From the NCBI GenBank assembly GCA_032718475.1, contig JAUCBJ010000944.1, forward strand, positions 1 through 37,503: a stretch of 37,503 bases of DNA, written 5' to 3'. The position numbers and the translations under genes are program-made. Below are positions 21,730-35,319 of the stretch, one piece after another (position 1 is the stretch's first letter; every line of letters begins with the position of its first letter). The stretch comes from Nemertoderma westbladi. Taxonomy: Eukaryota > Animalia > Xenacoelomorpha. The notes under the pieces are model-generated. The model searched no databases and was not told the origin of the DNA. It saw nothing but the letters and a program-made list of their open reading frames with translations.

Positions 21730-22100
21730 TCAACCACAATTATGAACAAGAATGACGCAAGTGGGTCTCCTTGGAGGACTCCCCATAACACTTCGAATAG
21801 TTCTGTTTCACCATCAACAGAAGACACAAATATTGTCGAACCATCGCATACTGGTCTGATTGCTGCAATAATTTCATCAGGAATCCCATATAATGAAAGT
21901 ATGCTGAACATACATGAGCGAGAGACTGAATCAAAGGCATTGAAGAAGTCAACAAAAATAACAGCCAGATGTCTGTCTTTCTTTTTTGATAACTCTTCAA
22001 TTATCCTTCTAAGTGCCAAAATGGGCTCCATGGTCCCCCGACCTTTACGGAACCCATTCTAATTTCCACGGAGCAGTCTCTCAATTGGATCCCTAATTAT
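21730..22100 (-). pseudogene. Non-LTR (RTE-like) reverse transcriptase fragment
   Basis: NGFRKGRGTMEPILALRRIIEE, FVDFFNAFDSV and GVLQGDPLASFLFIIVVD; truncated at both ends. Confidence 0.88.
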
Positions 22101-22867
22101 TATTAAGGCCATGTAACACAATTCAATATTTTCCAATACTTAATTTTCAACTTCTAATTTATTTTATATACAGTAATTATAATTTATTCATAATTTCATA
22201 CTATTACTTGGCTATTTCATATCAATTCACCAACCTTGCATTCATTATTTTAACAAACTCCAATTTTTTAACTAAATTTTTTGTGTAAAAAATTAAATCA
22301 AACCGCTATTTCAACGGTTTTCTTTCGGGTGGTCAGTCGGTGTGTCTTCCGGTCAAAAAAACATTCCATTGAACCAAAGCGCATATTAGTATAGTTGGAG
22401 CGATTGATAAGTCAATATCAATACCATACGAAACGGTCCGTTACAACTTTTTATTCAGATAATCTAAATTTTTAGTAGGCGTTTTTATGCCGTCTGTTAA
22501 ACTTTGAGACTTCCAAACTGCCAGGTGAGGAATTCTTAAAACCAGTTCTCACGCGTGTGAATAGCATTCATCGAATAGCATGCTTTCATAAAGCGAATGA
22601 ATAGCATGCATTCATCGAATGGCTATATTTGTTTGAGCAAGTCTAGCTAGAATGATGTCAATTTAGATTTTGCAATACAAAGTTTGGCGGTTTCCTACCA
22701 GACAAGGAAACTGAAATGAAAAATATGTATTCCTGTAGAAAAATAAATAACATATCAGCGCTTCCCGATTTTGTTCTCTATCAATGTGCAAGCAACCTGC
22801 AAGCTGACTTGCTCATACAGGTTGGTAACGTACCGTCGATCAGCGGTGTTGGCAACTCTCGTCGGAC

Positions 22868-23643
22868 CAGTGGCGCAGCCATAGGGGGGGGGGGGGGGGG
22901 GGACACCATATTATATGTCCCCGGCACTTTTTACACTTTGTATATTCAATTTAAAATTCAAAGAATCGTAACAAACTCTGATCGGGTATTGCAGTATAAC
23001 TATTAACTCCTACGTACATTTCAATCCTTCCCAACCCTGTCGCATATTCCCAAATACCATGAACTATTTTTCCACTCACAATATAAGTCTATGATAATAT
23101 AAGGTGTGTTTCATATCCCCACAATTTCGTCTTATATTGTTTTCGTTAGAAACAAATTTATTGATAATTAAATTTTTTGTTAATTCCCCGTGTCGAGATA
23201 TCAAACCGCCTTCGGTTTCAATCCTTACCTGCTTTGTATACTGTAGGTATCTCAGTCGACCTTTTAATCTTATAGAGGGTTCGTTGGTAACGAATGGAAG
23301 ATGACGTTATTGCAGGGAAACTAAATATGTAATAAATTCAGAATTTTTCTGTACACGAATGCGTTAGGTTCGTGTCTTTGAGTTTTTTGAAAGGTTTACA
23401 GTAGAACTGTACTCAACTGTAGAGTTGTCCTTGTATAGCGCTTATTTCTATATTTTAAACACCTTTTTCAAACGCTTGTAGCAAATGAGTGAAAGCGAAA
23501 ATAAAAATTATGGCTCTCCCACGGAAGGAGGAGGGAGTTGAAACTATCCATGTTTCACATTTCATACAATCTCATTAAGATTTGTAAAAAAAAAATTTGT
23601 GGGGGGAGGGGGGTGGTTATGCCGCTGCGTGGCTGCGCCCCTG
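22868..23643. mobile_element. hAT-type MITE
   Basis: TIR CAGTGGCGCAGCCA / TGGCTGCGCCCCTG. 8-bp TSD CGTCGGAC / GGTCGGAC (7/8). Subterminal G tracts. Confidence 0.85.
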
Positions 23644-25351
23644 GGTCGGACGATTGTGATACTTCTGATCTGACTAACCGGGTGGCCCAGACAGTGGTGA
23701 CTGGGGTTTGGGGGGTGTCTTGGCATAGAGCATTGGGTGCTCTGTATTGGTGCAGATACAGTACTTAACTGTTCAACATTGATTTTCATTGTAAGAACTG
23801 AGAATAGTTTGGTTATTTATTTATTTATTTCAGTAAAAAACATTTGAAAGATATCGAATGCACAAATAATGCGCTTATATTTATAAACATTAAACCAAAC
23901 AGGCGAACAAACAAATGTGGTGATCAATTTTGATGTCTGTCTACATTATATCTCGTTAAACGACAAAGTGAAACAAAGAACCTGTTTGTGGCATACAATT
24001 CCCTAGCGGCACTCCCAGTTGCACAATACTGTGAGTAGGCCTTTATATGCGGCTAACCCACCATCAATCCATTAAACCAAAGAACCACGGCCACCAAACC
24101 TGTTAAATACTTTATGAGTTTACAGTTCTGTTTTGTACTGGCAATGACAAACACCTCGGAATCTATTATTCACAGTCCATTTGCCATTTTCGCATGGGGG
24201 AGCTTCTAGAATGGAATTCTGGGTGAGAGTTTAACACTGCAGCCTCAACCAGCACACCTACTCAACGGTATCAGCGCAAAAAGGGCACACCATGGGAGGG
24301 ACAACAACGTCCAATAATTCAATTGCTTTGCTAGAATGCATCTCATGCTTGACATTCTGTTCTTTCGTATTGCGTATATTATGGTGCTCCTTAAGAAGGG
24401 TGTTGAATTAGTGAGAGTATGGTCAAACATTGAGGACATTGTATGTTATTTATATTATTTTATCCTACTTAGTAATGCATCCAATAAATTTATAGTTAGT
24501 TATTTGTGTCCTTAAGTAAAATGATAAAAGGTGAACACATTAACTAGACCACAAATATGTATTTAAATGGATCTAAAATTACCCTCCATAGAAACCAATA
24601 TAATAAATTATCAGAGCACTGCGTAGTGACGTCAAATATCCAGCAGCCTTCCCGGGCTTACTTAAACCTGCCATTTCGACCTTTTCCACGTGTTTTTAGA
24701 AAAAACACACCCAGCCACTCGATTCAGGGCACCTTGTTACCCCTTATTCAATTGTCTCTACCCAAACTATTTTTTCGCGCACCAACCCTAATTGTGAGTT
24801 GATTCTTTTTATTTTATTTATACAATTCACTGAAATAGGTCGATTACAGACGGTGGTGCTCTAGACTCGTCTACACACTATGTTTGCTACATAAAGAAAT
24901 ATACCTACTATATGAATTCGTGTGAAACATACAACGCAATTGTACTGATTTTGTTGTGTGATAGACATTAAAATATCATGTAAACTTTATTAAATATTTA
25001 TTAAGGTATGGGGTGCTATATCCCACTAAGGTGGTGTGTACGGTGACTAACAAATAGGTGTGTTACATTACAAAAAAATATTAATCTATATAATATCCTG
25101 CTCAGTAATTTCTACACGAATGCTCATCTGCTTTGCATCCTCTAAAGGTCTCTAAATGAGAACTGGAAATAAGTTGTCAGACTCCGTTAATAAGTTGTCA
25201 GTTGTCAGTAATAATTACTAATTACTGGCCGAAGAAAACTTTTTTTTTCTGTTTCAGTTGAACAGTCTTATTAACACTCCACTCTCATTTATTCTATATC
25301 CAGAAATCCACTGCAGGCTGCAGAACCTATCGTCAGGTGTATCGAGATCGA

Positions 25352-27160
25352 GGACATGTATATGGTCAACACTTCGAAATGGTCAACACTTCGAAATGGT
25401 CAACACTTCGAAATGGTCAACACCTCGAAAAGGTCAACACTTCGAAAAGGTCAACACTTCGAAATGGTCAACACTTCGAAATAATAATATAATAATAATA
25501 AAAACGGAAACTAAGTTTTGTATAATATATTTCTGTTACCTTTAAATTAATTATATTGTATTTAGTATAAAATTAAAGCCAGTGAGATATTTTTTTAATG
25601 GTTTAAAGAGCTCCTTTTTATTGTAAATTTTTACCACATGTCAACACTTCGAAAGACCATGTCAACACTTCGAAAGACCACGTCAACACTTCCAAAAGGA
25701 AAAATTTGAATGTAAATAGAATAATAGTATTTTTTAAAATACCAATACAATAATGATGGTTAGGGTTAGGTTATAGAATTAGTATATGATTTTACCGGTA
25801 GTAAGAAGACGTTCGTGGGGCCTTCGCGCAGCACGATAACCTATTATTTGAAAGTACATTATACTAATCTCTATTAGATATACGAAAACTGTCTTTCCTA
25901 AAATATATATGAGTGAAGGCGATGCTATCAGTTTGTGATAAACTAGTTGTAAAAATAGAGATCCATTTCAGTTTGCCCTTACACACTTTAACTGTAATTT
26001 GTAAACCTTCTAACTAGGGCTATTTAAGTTAATATGACATTTTTAGTTTTACAATACTCTTCTCCTTCATTAGCCTCGTTCCGCTCGTCCTGTTTTGTCT
26101 TAAAATAATTTCCCTAAACGGAGACTAACGACCTTTATAACTGTGTAAAGTCTCGAAACTGTGAGAGTAACTGCTGATTTCTGGCAGATGGATACTCGTA
26201 TCCACTGTAAACTCGTTGCGTTCGTTCGTTTTTCACCAAACTAGGGATTCTTTCTAAACTTTTGCCGGACTACATACGTACCAAGTTTCGTTTAATTTCA
26301 TCAAGGAATGACCGAGTTATTAGCGATCAAAAATTTACGACGACAGACGACGACGACGACGACAGACAACTCGTTAATATGCCTATACCTATATGTTAAG
26401 GCTTCGCTCACTTCGTGGCTCGCCCCACAAATAGTAATGCGATTGTGGAGTAGTTGTGGAACCCTTCAGTTACATTGGTTTTGCGTGGTCCACTCGTCCA
26501 CACTTCTTCACTTCTGTGTGTGAGTGTCGTCATTATTGGTTAGAGCGTATGACATTGGCATAATTCAACCAATCACGCTTTGAGACTATCCATTTATGAA
26601 AACTACGAGTCTGAGAAATTAAAAAATCAACATACAAAGGTCTGTAGTTCAGGGGAGACAGTGCAGTGATAAGTCACTGCTCTGTGAGTTGATGTAATAA
26701 ACGCCCAAACATTGGGAATCCCAGTATAATATATCCTAGCATAGTGATTAGTGGCTCATGAAACATATATCTCACTAGCTTTAATTTTATACTAAATACA
26801 ATATAATTAATTTAAAGGCAACAGAAATATATTAAACAAAACTTAGTTTCCGTTTTTATTATTATTATATTATTATTTCGAAGTGTTGACCATTTTGAAG
26901 TGTTGACCTTTTCGAAGTGTTGACCTTTTCGAGGTGTTGACCATTTCGAAGTGTTGACCTTTTCGAAGTGTTGACCTTTACGAAGTGTTGACCATTTCGA
27001 AGTGTTGACCTTTTCGAAGTGTTGACCTTTTCGAAGTGTTGACCATTTCGAAGTGTTGACCTTTTCGAAGTATTGACCATTTCGAAGTGTTGACATTGTT
27101 TTTTCGAAGTGTGGACTATTTCAAAATGTTGACACGGAATCTCAATCCATCGTGCTGGAT
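25352..27160. mobile_element. Foldback-like element with 17-bp repeat arms, copy 1
   Basis: (TGGTCAACACTTCGAAA)n on + at 25362-25481 and on - at 26876-27135. Adjoining unique sequence 25482-25590 is inverted at 26767-26875. Termini approximate. Confidence 0.7.
25800..26431 (+). mobile_element. HINE-like element nested in foldback copy 1
   Basis: Left hairpin TTCGTGGGGCCTTCGCGCAGCACGA; its GTGGGGC is inverted at the right end (GCCCCAC). GTACCAAGTTT...GAGTTATT core and (GAC)n microsatellite. Confidence 0.6.
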
Positions 27161-29687
27161 TCATAATGACGTGTAAGTTACAGCAGAGTTACAGTTCAAG
27201 GTAGATATTATTTTAGGTTTAGTTATTTAATAGCAGAGGCAGAGGTTTATGAGTAACACGTTATTATGCCTTACAGCATGTCAGGAAGATTTCCAAGCGT
27301 TCCATTCTTGGTTATTCTTCATATATGCCTGAAAAACTGACAATTAAAACACCATTAACTCAACAAAGAAGAGCAAAATGTCTGTACGCTTAAATAAATA
27401 ATGAATAAAGTAAAATAAAATGACTTAAAGTTACCTGCTGAGCGTTGAGTGGGACGGTGACGACATGATTGTAATTGGCCGGGCTGATGTGTAATTAGTA
27501 AGTCGATGTTGGCTGATATTGGCCAGTATTCTGCATTAACAGCTACTGAATTCCGTCCAATTATCCGTATAATTACTAAGGAAAGTCGACTAGATGTTGT
27601 TGGTAATTACAAATGGACCCTAAGGGAGTTGGGTTGCATCAATCATAAGCTGCCTTTTCATCTCGCTAATTTCTAAACTTAAAAAGTTTGAATTTCAGCA
27701 GCAAACTTAATTTAATAGACTATAACAGCACTGCTCCACATGGAAATAAGGAATCATTTACCAATTATTGGAAATCGTAAAAAATTAAAACTTTCACATT
27801 TTATCAATAAACGGTAGACTGACTCTATGTCAATAGTTAGTTAGTTTGGAATGGTTATGTGGGCCATCCAGCCTATAATTCAATTACAACTATAAATATA
27901 AACAGACATAAACAGACAAAGCCAACAAATAATTTTTTGTGTTTGAGACCTTGGCAAACCCAAACACATTGATGGGTTTATGTCATTGAGGTCAATAAGA
28001 AAGAGCTGGAAATTCTGTACAAGCTCCCAAAATTTCATACCTTTACCTCCAGTAGTTTTTGAGAAAGATGTACATGAATGAAACTGGCACGCGATAAATG
28101 CAAGCGGCAGAAAATGACCTTTAAATCGCAAATTTACATTACCACTAATGAACATTTCATGCTGATATGGGTCTCTGGTGCATGAAATGATTATCCTGAT
28201 GCCACCAAAACTTGTCCAACACAAATATTCATCATTTGGAGTTAAAATCTGTAGGAATATTTTTTTTTAGTTTTTTTTCAATTTTTCATGTTGAGCCACC
28301 TTAAGTATAGCAAAAGCCACAAATTTTTTACAAAAACACAGATAAAGTTAAATTTAAAACCATAATATAGAAACATATTGGAGAAAATCCCAGATATAGG
28401 AGAATTGCGTAACAGTAGCAGTAACAGTAACTTATTTGATTATTTAATGATTTATTCAAGAAATTTATATATAGAACCAATATAATCGCAAATAGCTAGA
28501 ACATTGTCGATACTATACTATATACATAAATAGACTTCAACTGGAATAAATACATATATATACTCGGATTAGGTGATTTATGGTTCGATCTAATGGTGTT
28601 ACACAGCACTAAAGTATAGGTCAAACTACCTCTATCAAATTATTATGCAAAGAGTTATAAATCCTTATCCTAAAGGCTGGTGTGCTATAGCAGCATTCCA
28701 AGTTTCCCTGTCCTAGGAAGACAATATTTCCAGTAACTACGAAGAAAAGCAGTTACCAGAAGTCATGCTATTTTTGCTGAGTCCCACATAAGTCCCAATA
28801 CTCCGCGGCATTGTAAATATAGAAACAAACAAATGTTGTTATTATTATGGGGCTTGTAATAACTGATGTTATGCGATATTCAACATGTTATAATACCTTT
28901 CCTGTCAAACATGAAGGACATGCCTATATGTAACATATACATCCCACTGTATATATTGTACTTTGAGAACAAAATGTTTTATGTATGTTTGAGTTCACAG
29001 GTTTCCAACCGAGTTGAGATAGACTGCAGGATTTCTCAGAAGCGAATTTTAATGAGGTTACAGTAACTTGTAGGTTTAAGGGTACAACGCTGACCTGTAA
29101 GCCAATTACACGGGAAATCATGTCGCTTATAAGTAACCCAAAAAACAGAAACTCCTCAATTAGTATACTTCGGACACACGTTTGGTCTTCCAAGCGTAGA
29201 TTTAATGATGTTTATAAAACTAGTCATTAGCAGTCCTAGACAGACATGAAGTGCTGAGCTGTCTACACCTAAGAAGGAGTATGTTTTTTTTAAGGAATGA
29301 CAGTAAGTAGAAATACAGTCGACATTAAACTTTGATATATACACTATGCATGCAGACAATCAATATATGCAAATATTATAAAACTAAAATTAAGTTTAAT
29401 ATTAAATGATTTCTTATGAAGTTTAAAATTACAAACAGTCATTTTATGGAAAAATATATTGATTGGAGCTTTCTTTAGGCGCGTGATTGTAAACGCTTAT
29501 AACCTGATAAACAATGAACTGCGCCCCATTTAACAGTCGGGTCGTAGCCGCATGGCGGGAGGTATTCGCATATCGCATATCGTTACATTTTAGTCGCTTG
29601 TAACTGTGGTAAAAAAAGAAAACAGGAGAAAGGAATTCATACTGTACTGGAATTCATATATTCCACATAATAATTGACGGTAGTTAC

Positions 29688-30280
29688 ACGTTCGTGGGGC
29701 CTTCGCGCAGCACGAGGCCCAGTTATGAGATACAAATTAAAATTGTGCGACTGTATCACAAAATCAGGTTATGAGATATTAACCCACACCACCAATTAAT
29801 CAAAGAAAGGGGGACAGTACGTGTTCACCCCTTTTAATCTGCACACCCCCCCCCCCCCCCTCCCCCCACCCACCAATACATAACCGCGACATCTACCACC
29901 CACGGAAGGGTAGCACGAACTTATTTCCAATCGCACGTTAAATATGCAAAGCCAGGTGGTTTATAGGAATATAATAAACGCAGTACTCGTTTTCATTATA
30001 AGCCTCTTTGCGTTCGTCCTGTTTTGTATTTAAATATATTTCTTAAACGCAGGCTAGGACGATCTTTATAATAATAATAACTAGGGATGCGATCAATATG
30101 TGAAGCCAGGTGGTTTATATAACAATTTAGTCAACGCAGTACTCGTCTTCATTATATGCCTCGTTGCGCTCGTCGCTTGTCCTGTTTTGTCATAAAATAT
30201 TTTTCCTAAACGCAGACTGACGATCTTTATACAGTTATAACTATGCGAAGTTTCGAAACTGTGCGAGTAACTGTTGATAC
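29688..30280 (+). mobile_element. Partial HINE-like element with ~155-bp internal tandem duplication
   Basis: Same left hairpin as ~25809. Units 29949-30070 and 30104-30230 resemble each other and 26060-26180. Confidence 0.6.
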
Positions 30281-30832
30281 ATCTATGTGGAGATGTGTGA
30301 TATGTGGAGATGTGTGATACAACGCCAACGCATCTTATGCCGATGTAGTAATATGGGTATTGAAATAATATTAAATCAATGTACACTCTTAAAGCTGCAG
30401 CGAAAAAATGTAGCTAATTTCCTAGGTTACATATAAAATAATAATATTATTTTTAAGAACATTAATTTTACTACTTTGCAAAAATTCAATTAAAAAATAA
30501 CCAGACATATACATTGTGGAATAAACTATTTCAGAAGCCTACACAACAGCCATGCCATGGATTGTATTTATGTTATTATATCTGTCATTTACCTGAGATA
30601 GCAATACAACACTTATAGTAGAGTCAATACAGGAAGGATGTTGGGATGTTGGATTTCAAGAATGATGTCTGGGCTGGAATAGCAATACTGGTTGCCTATT
30701 ACAGTACAATTCCTCTCTGGTTAGTCTACAGCCACAACTCCAAGCCAGCTAGCTCCACACCAGCAGAGACTTGACCAATAATCATTCCCAGCAAATAGCT
30801 GCCTTACACACACATCCTTCCATCGTACCAGC

Positions 30833-31318
30833 ATGTTAGCCAATAAATGAGCAGTATTTAATGAGAATCAATTTTTTATGACGTTTTAATTACTTTAGAT
30901 CAATTAAAGACACAATTAATAAAGCAAATCACTTGAACTAATTAAAAACTATAATAGAATGGCGTATGTGGATTACATCTGTATAATTTTTAAGTATAAT
31001 TATTTAAATCTTATACTGTAAAACAATTAATTTCCTTTAAAAGGCAGGTTGAAAATGGTGTTTTTACCGTAATCAACTTAATTAACTAATTAACTGCTAT
31101 TATCTTAGCTTCTCGAAGGCCACACGGAAATTCTACTTGGAAAATTTCTAAACTTTTGCCAAACAACATGTGTACCAAGTTTGGATAGATTTCATCAAAG
31201 ATTGGCTGAGTTATTAACGTTTAAAATTGGACGCGACAGAACGACAGAACGACAGAACGACAGGTTGATTAATGGTACCACTACGCTAAGGCTCACTCAC
31301 TTCGTGGCTCGCCCCACA
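30833..31318 (+). mobile_element. HINE-like element, copy B
   Basis: Near-identical to 1567-2068 with the same endpoints; four microsatellite units rather than six. Confidence 0.65.
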
Positions 31319-31344
31319 GTCAGGTATCAGCTGTGACTTTAGGG

Positions 31345-31616
31345 CAGGGGCGGATTAAGGTGGGGGGGGGGGGGGGCTACAGGGGCAGCTGTGTTTTCCA
31401 CCTATCAGAACAATACAATTAAAAACGTTAAACGTTATAAACGTTTTTATATCGAATATAGGTTTTTTATTTGAAAAAAATATCACCAGCGTAACAGCGT
31501 AACTTATTTTTACCAATTTTAGCAATTGGTTTTTCGTTTTCGGGGGGGGGGGGGGGGGGGCTAGGGTCCCGTAAGTTGCGACGGCCGGGGCCCCGAAAAT
31601 CCATAATCCGTCCCTG
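31345..31616. mobile_element. hAT-type MITE (272 bp)
   Basis: TIR CAGGGGCGGATTA / TAATCCGTCCCTG. Perfect 8-bp TSD CTTTAGGG. Confidence 0.92.
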
Positions 31617-32490
31617 CTTTAGGGTGGTACCAAGTTTTGTCAACAAGATATTACTACCGATATGGACACAATGCCTCGCTTGTCAAGTAAACATTATCTC
31701 CTATGCAATAAGTACTTCATTAGTTGTACATGTACATACATCCCGTTACATGTTAACATGATCATCAATAAAAGTCGAGCAGAGGCTGCCTTATAGCGGC
31801 ATACCCCCGGAATAATTGTACTTGCAGATAAGTTTGATACTGGATGCGGACGGTAGTTTATTTGAAGCAGATCAAACATTGCCTTTCGTTTTCGGAGTTG
31901 ATGAAATGTTTTGCGGAAATGTAGCATCTCTTATATGTTACAAGATGAGGTAGTTTGAGATCAGTTATTAAATTACTCAGAAAAAAACAGTTGGTCATTT
32001 TACTATAGAATCACCTGCCTTTCCTGAGAATTTGTGATCCACCTTCCGTTATTATTACTCAGCAGTAGGAGTTTGCTACAAGTTGTCTCACAACTTAAAT
32101 GTGATTGGCCTAACAGTTGAGCACATCGGGTTACAAGTAGGTGATTGGTTGCAGAACATGACAACATTTAGTATTACACCTTGAGAGATTTAATCTGTGT
32201 GATTTCTGTCGCTGTACCTAGTTTAAACATAAAGAGAAGCTGTTTTCATTTAATCCCAGCTTTATTTCCTCTAAACATATTGAAGATTAAATTAGAAAAG
32301 GTCAAATTTTGTTACGGAATTAAAGGTTAGCTACTTAAATAGACTTAATTGTAAGTAGTACATACTACGTATGTACGTACAACATACTGTTTGATATTAG
32401 TTCAAAATATTTTAAATATCTTATAATCAAATAATTATTATTAATAACTAGTTAGCTAATAACTAGTAATAACTAATTAAATAGCTAATG

Positions 32491-32523
32491 ACTAGTTAGT
32501 AGGGCTCTGTGTAGAGCCCTACT
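32491..32523. other. Terminal hairpin of a Helitron/Helentron-like element
   Basis: Perfect 11-bp stem AGTAGGGCTCT-gtgt-AGAGCCCTACT next to ACTAGT. The other end was not defined. Confidence 0.45.
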
Positions 32524-33350
32524 GATTTGCAAATTTTTGTGAAATAGTGTACATTTTTAAAAGCCAAATTCTAAAAAGGGGCACAAAAGGGCATCTTTAT
32601 AATTTACAGGTTAGAAGTGCTATAGTAATGGATCAATTCTAAGAAATCAAAATGAGGAAGGCTCTCGAGGGAAAAAAGCCCAGCTTATCAAATTTTGAAA
32701 TATTACTTTGTCGTAGCAATATGACGTTTATTCTTATGCTAATCTTTTTATTATTCCTATGAATGATTCATATGTGTTTTTCGCATTCAGCTCGACATGT
32801 ACAACAATTTGAAAAAAAAATTAATTCTGACAACTTCTTGAAGAAATGTTTTTTTTTTAATTTCTTATTTTTTATTTTTTTTCAAAATGTTTCCAAAATT
32901 TTGATATTTTGGACCTATATCTTGGGAAAAAAGACGAGTTTTCCAAAACGAAAATATTTTTTCGATGTTTTCAAATACACTCTTCTACATGGGCTAGTTT
33001 TCAGATAAAATTAAACAAGTCACTTTGGGGGTATTTCGGTCAACTCGTTCGAACTAACTCTGGGGCGAGTGCACCCCACTGACCCAACTGCTCCGCCGTT
33101 ATTAATAAAATAAAAGTATATTTTTTTAGTATTCGTAAAATTTAAGTCGCTCGGTTGGTGACTTCATTTGTAGTCCCAATCCCCCCTCCCCCACAACCAA
33201 CCCCCTTAATGCCTGTGGTTGTTGCTCACTTTGTTTAATAAAACAATGCAAACTTGTATAGTGAAGTCATATCTGCTATCTTTACAGGGCAGATCAATGT
33301 GCTGGAAATCATTGTTATGGAACAGCGAATTCAAATTATATAAAGAGTAT

Positions 33351-33458
33351 GACCCATTGTTTGGACCTTTTGTTTGGACCCATTGTTTGGACCTTTTGTT
33401 TGGACCCATTGTTTGGACCTTTTGTTTGGACCCATTGTTTGGACCCATTATTGTTTGG
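33351..33458. repeat. 13-bp minisatellite GACC(CA/TT)TTGTTTG, ~8 units
   Basis: Alternating CA/TT variants give a 26-bp higher-order period. Confidence 0.9.
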
Positions 33459-33692
33459 TGAAATTTTTTTCAATTTTCATTGACTTCAAGTAGAAAGTTA
33501 TTTGTGTGAATTAAACCATTTTTTTGTGTAAAGTACTGTATTAGGCGTGTGTATTAGGCCCATACTACAAAACCAATAATGATCTGTTGCCTAAAAAGAC
33601 CTGTTCCAATCCTCCTGTGCCCTTCTAGTTCTAGAAGCTCTCGCCTTAAAAGGAGACGAAGATTATTTCTCGAAAACATTTAACAAGATGCT

Positions 33693-35058
33693 GGACGGTA
33701 TGGTCAACACTTCGAAATAGTCAACACTTCGAAATAGTCAACACTTCGAAATAGTCAACACTTCGAAATAGTCATCAAATCGAAATAATGGTTCAAAGAG
33801 CGCCTTTTTATTGTAAATTTTTTTAAACCCCATGTCAACGCTTCTAAAGGCCATATCAACACTTCGAAAGACCATGTCACAATTTTAGTAAGTAAGAACG
33901 TGCCCCTGTCACCGCGTTAATCATTATAAACTAGTTTCGGAATATTTTTTCTGTCACCTGAATTGGTCTCTGATTCCGAAACTAGTTTAGAAAGACCATG
34001 TCAAACTTCGAAAAATAGAATGATAGAAATAATAGTATATTTTAAATTACAAATACAATATATATGTTATTGTTGAGTAATATAATTTAGTATATTATAT
34101 TAGTAATATTAATAAGGAAAGGAATAATATACAGCGAAATATGAATTATTTTAATTCCAGTTATTCATTTCAGTTCTTGGGGTAGAATTCCAACCTCCAC
34201 CTTATATTATATGGTTAAATAAATCCATGAAGGTAACAGCACCATTTGTTAGTCATGAAATCGTTAAACTAGGCAATATCAGCCTGTACTGTACATGTGT
34301 ATCCCATTCTTGAATATCGCGAGACTTCGAAAAAGTTACAGCTCCAGATTTTGGATGAAACAGTGCTTTCACACTGTAACAGTGCTTTCACACTGTAACA
34401 GTGCTTTCACACTGTAACAGTGCTTTCACACTGTAACAGTGCTTTCACACTGTAACAGTGCTTTCACACTGTAACAGTGACTTCATTGAAAAATCTCAAA
34501 AACAGTTTTCCAAGACTCGGGTGGCAATGAGGAATGCGACTGTGTGTATAAATCCGTTGTGCGTTGTGGAACCCCCCCCCCCCCCCCCCCCCCCCCCGCC
34601 ACATCGGTTGTGCGTATCCACAGTTGCCAAACTGTCCCCACCTTACCAGAATATCAGGGCGCATTGCTATTATTGGATATGGAGGGACATGTCAGATGTC
34701 ATCATGACATTTGGATCACGCTTTGAGACCACTCATTGTAAAGGTAGGAATTCTCAGAAATTAAAAAATCTACTTAAGTCTGCGTAGTACGACGGAGACA
34801 GTGCAGCCGTAATAAATCATTGCTGATGATCTCAACCTCCAAACATTGGGAATGCCAGTATATTATATGCAAGCATATTGTCTCAGCTCATGAAACATAA
34901 TTTAACTCACGGCATTAATTTCATCCTAAATACAATATAATTAAATGGTAACAATATGGTAGCAGATAAGAAATTCGTTTTTATTATTATTATAATTATA
35001 ATTGTGTTGACATGAGTACTAAATTCCTTTCGAAGTTTTGACACTGAATCGTGCTGGA
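33693..35058. mobile_element. Foldback-like element with 17-bp repeat arms, copy 2 (more diverged)
   Basis: 33693-34060 is homologous to 25352-25750; 34717-35058 is homologous to 26573-27160. Confidence 0.65.
34359..34479. repeat. 19-bp perfect tandem repeat AACAGTGCTTTCACACTGT, ~6.4 units
   Basis: Directly visible; each unit is self-complementary (ACAGTG-N6-CACTGT). Confidence 0.95.
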
Positions 35059-35319
35059 CTGGTTGATATTTTTGTTAAAAACAATCTGTTATTCTATCCG
35101 GTATCTCGGTTACGTTAGATAGTAAACCAGACTCTTAACGTGGCCCCATTAGACCTCTAATGGTGCAAGATCAGGGGACCTTGCTGGCCAAGTTATTTAT
35201 TCATCACGGTAAATCCAGTGCTGAGAGAAAGTGGTGCTTAGCCAATCACGAACTATCAATACCCAGTGGGGAGGGACGCCATCTTGTTAAGAAAGCCTCG
35301 TGTCCTAACTTGGATATGA

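Noticed and set aside
25758-25773. Telomeric TTAGGG-like sequence
   Set aside because: Only about two units, inside a repeat element.
25258-27164. ORFs with STLRNGQHFEKVNTSKW repeats
   Set aside because: Translations of the 17-bp tandem repeat.
34359-34479. Resemblance to RAG/Transib RSS heptamers
   Set aside because: No exact CACAGTG, no nonamer and no 12/23 spacing.
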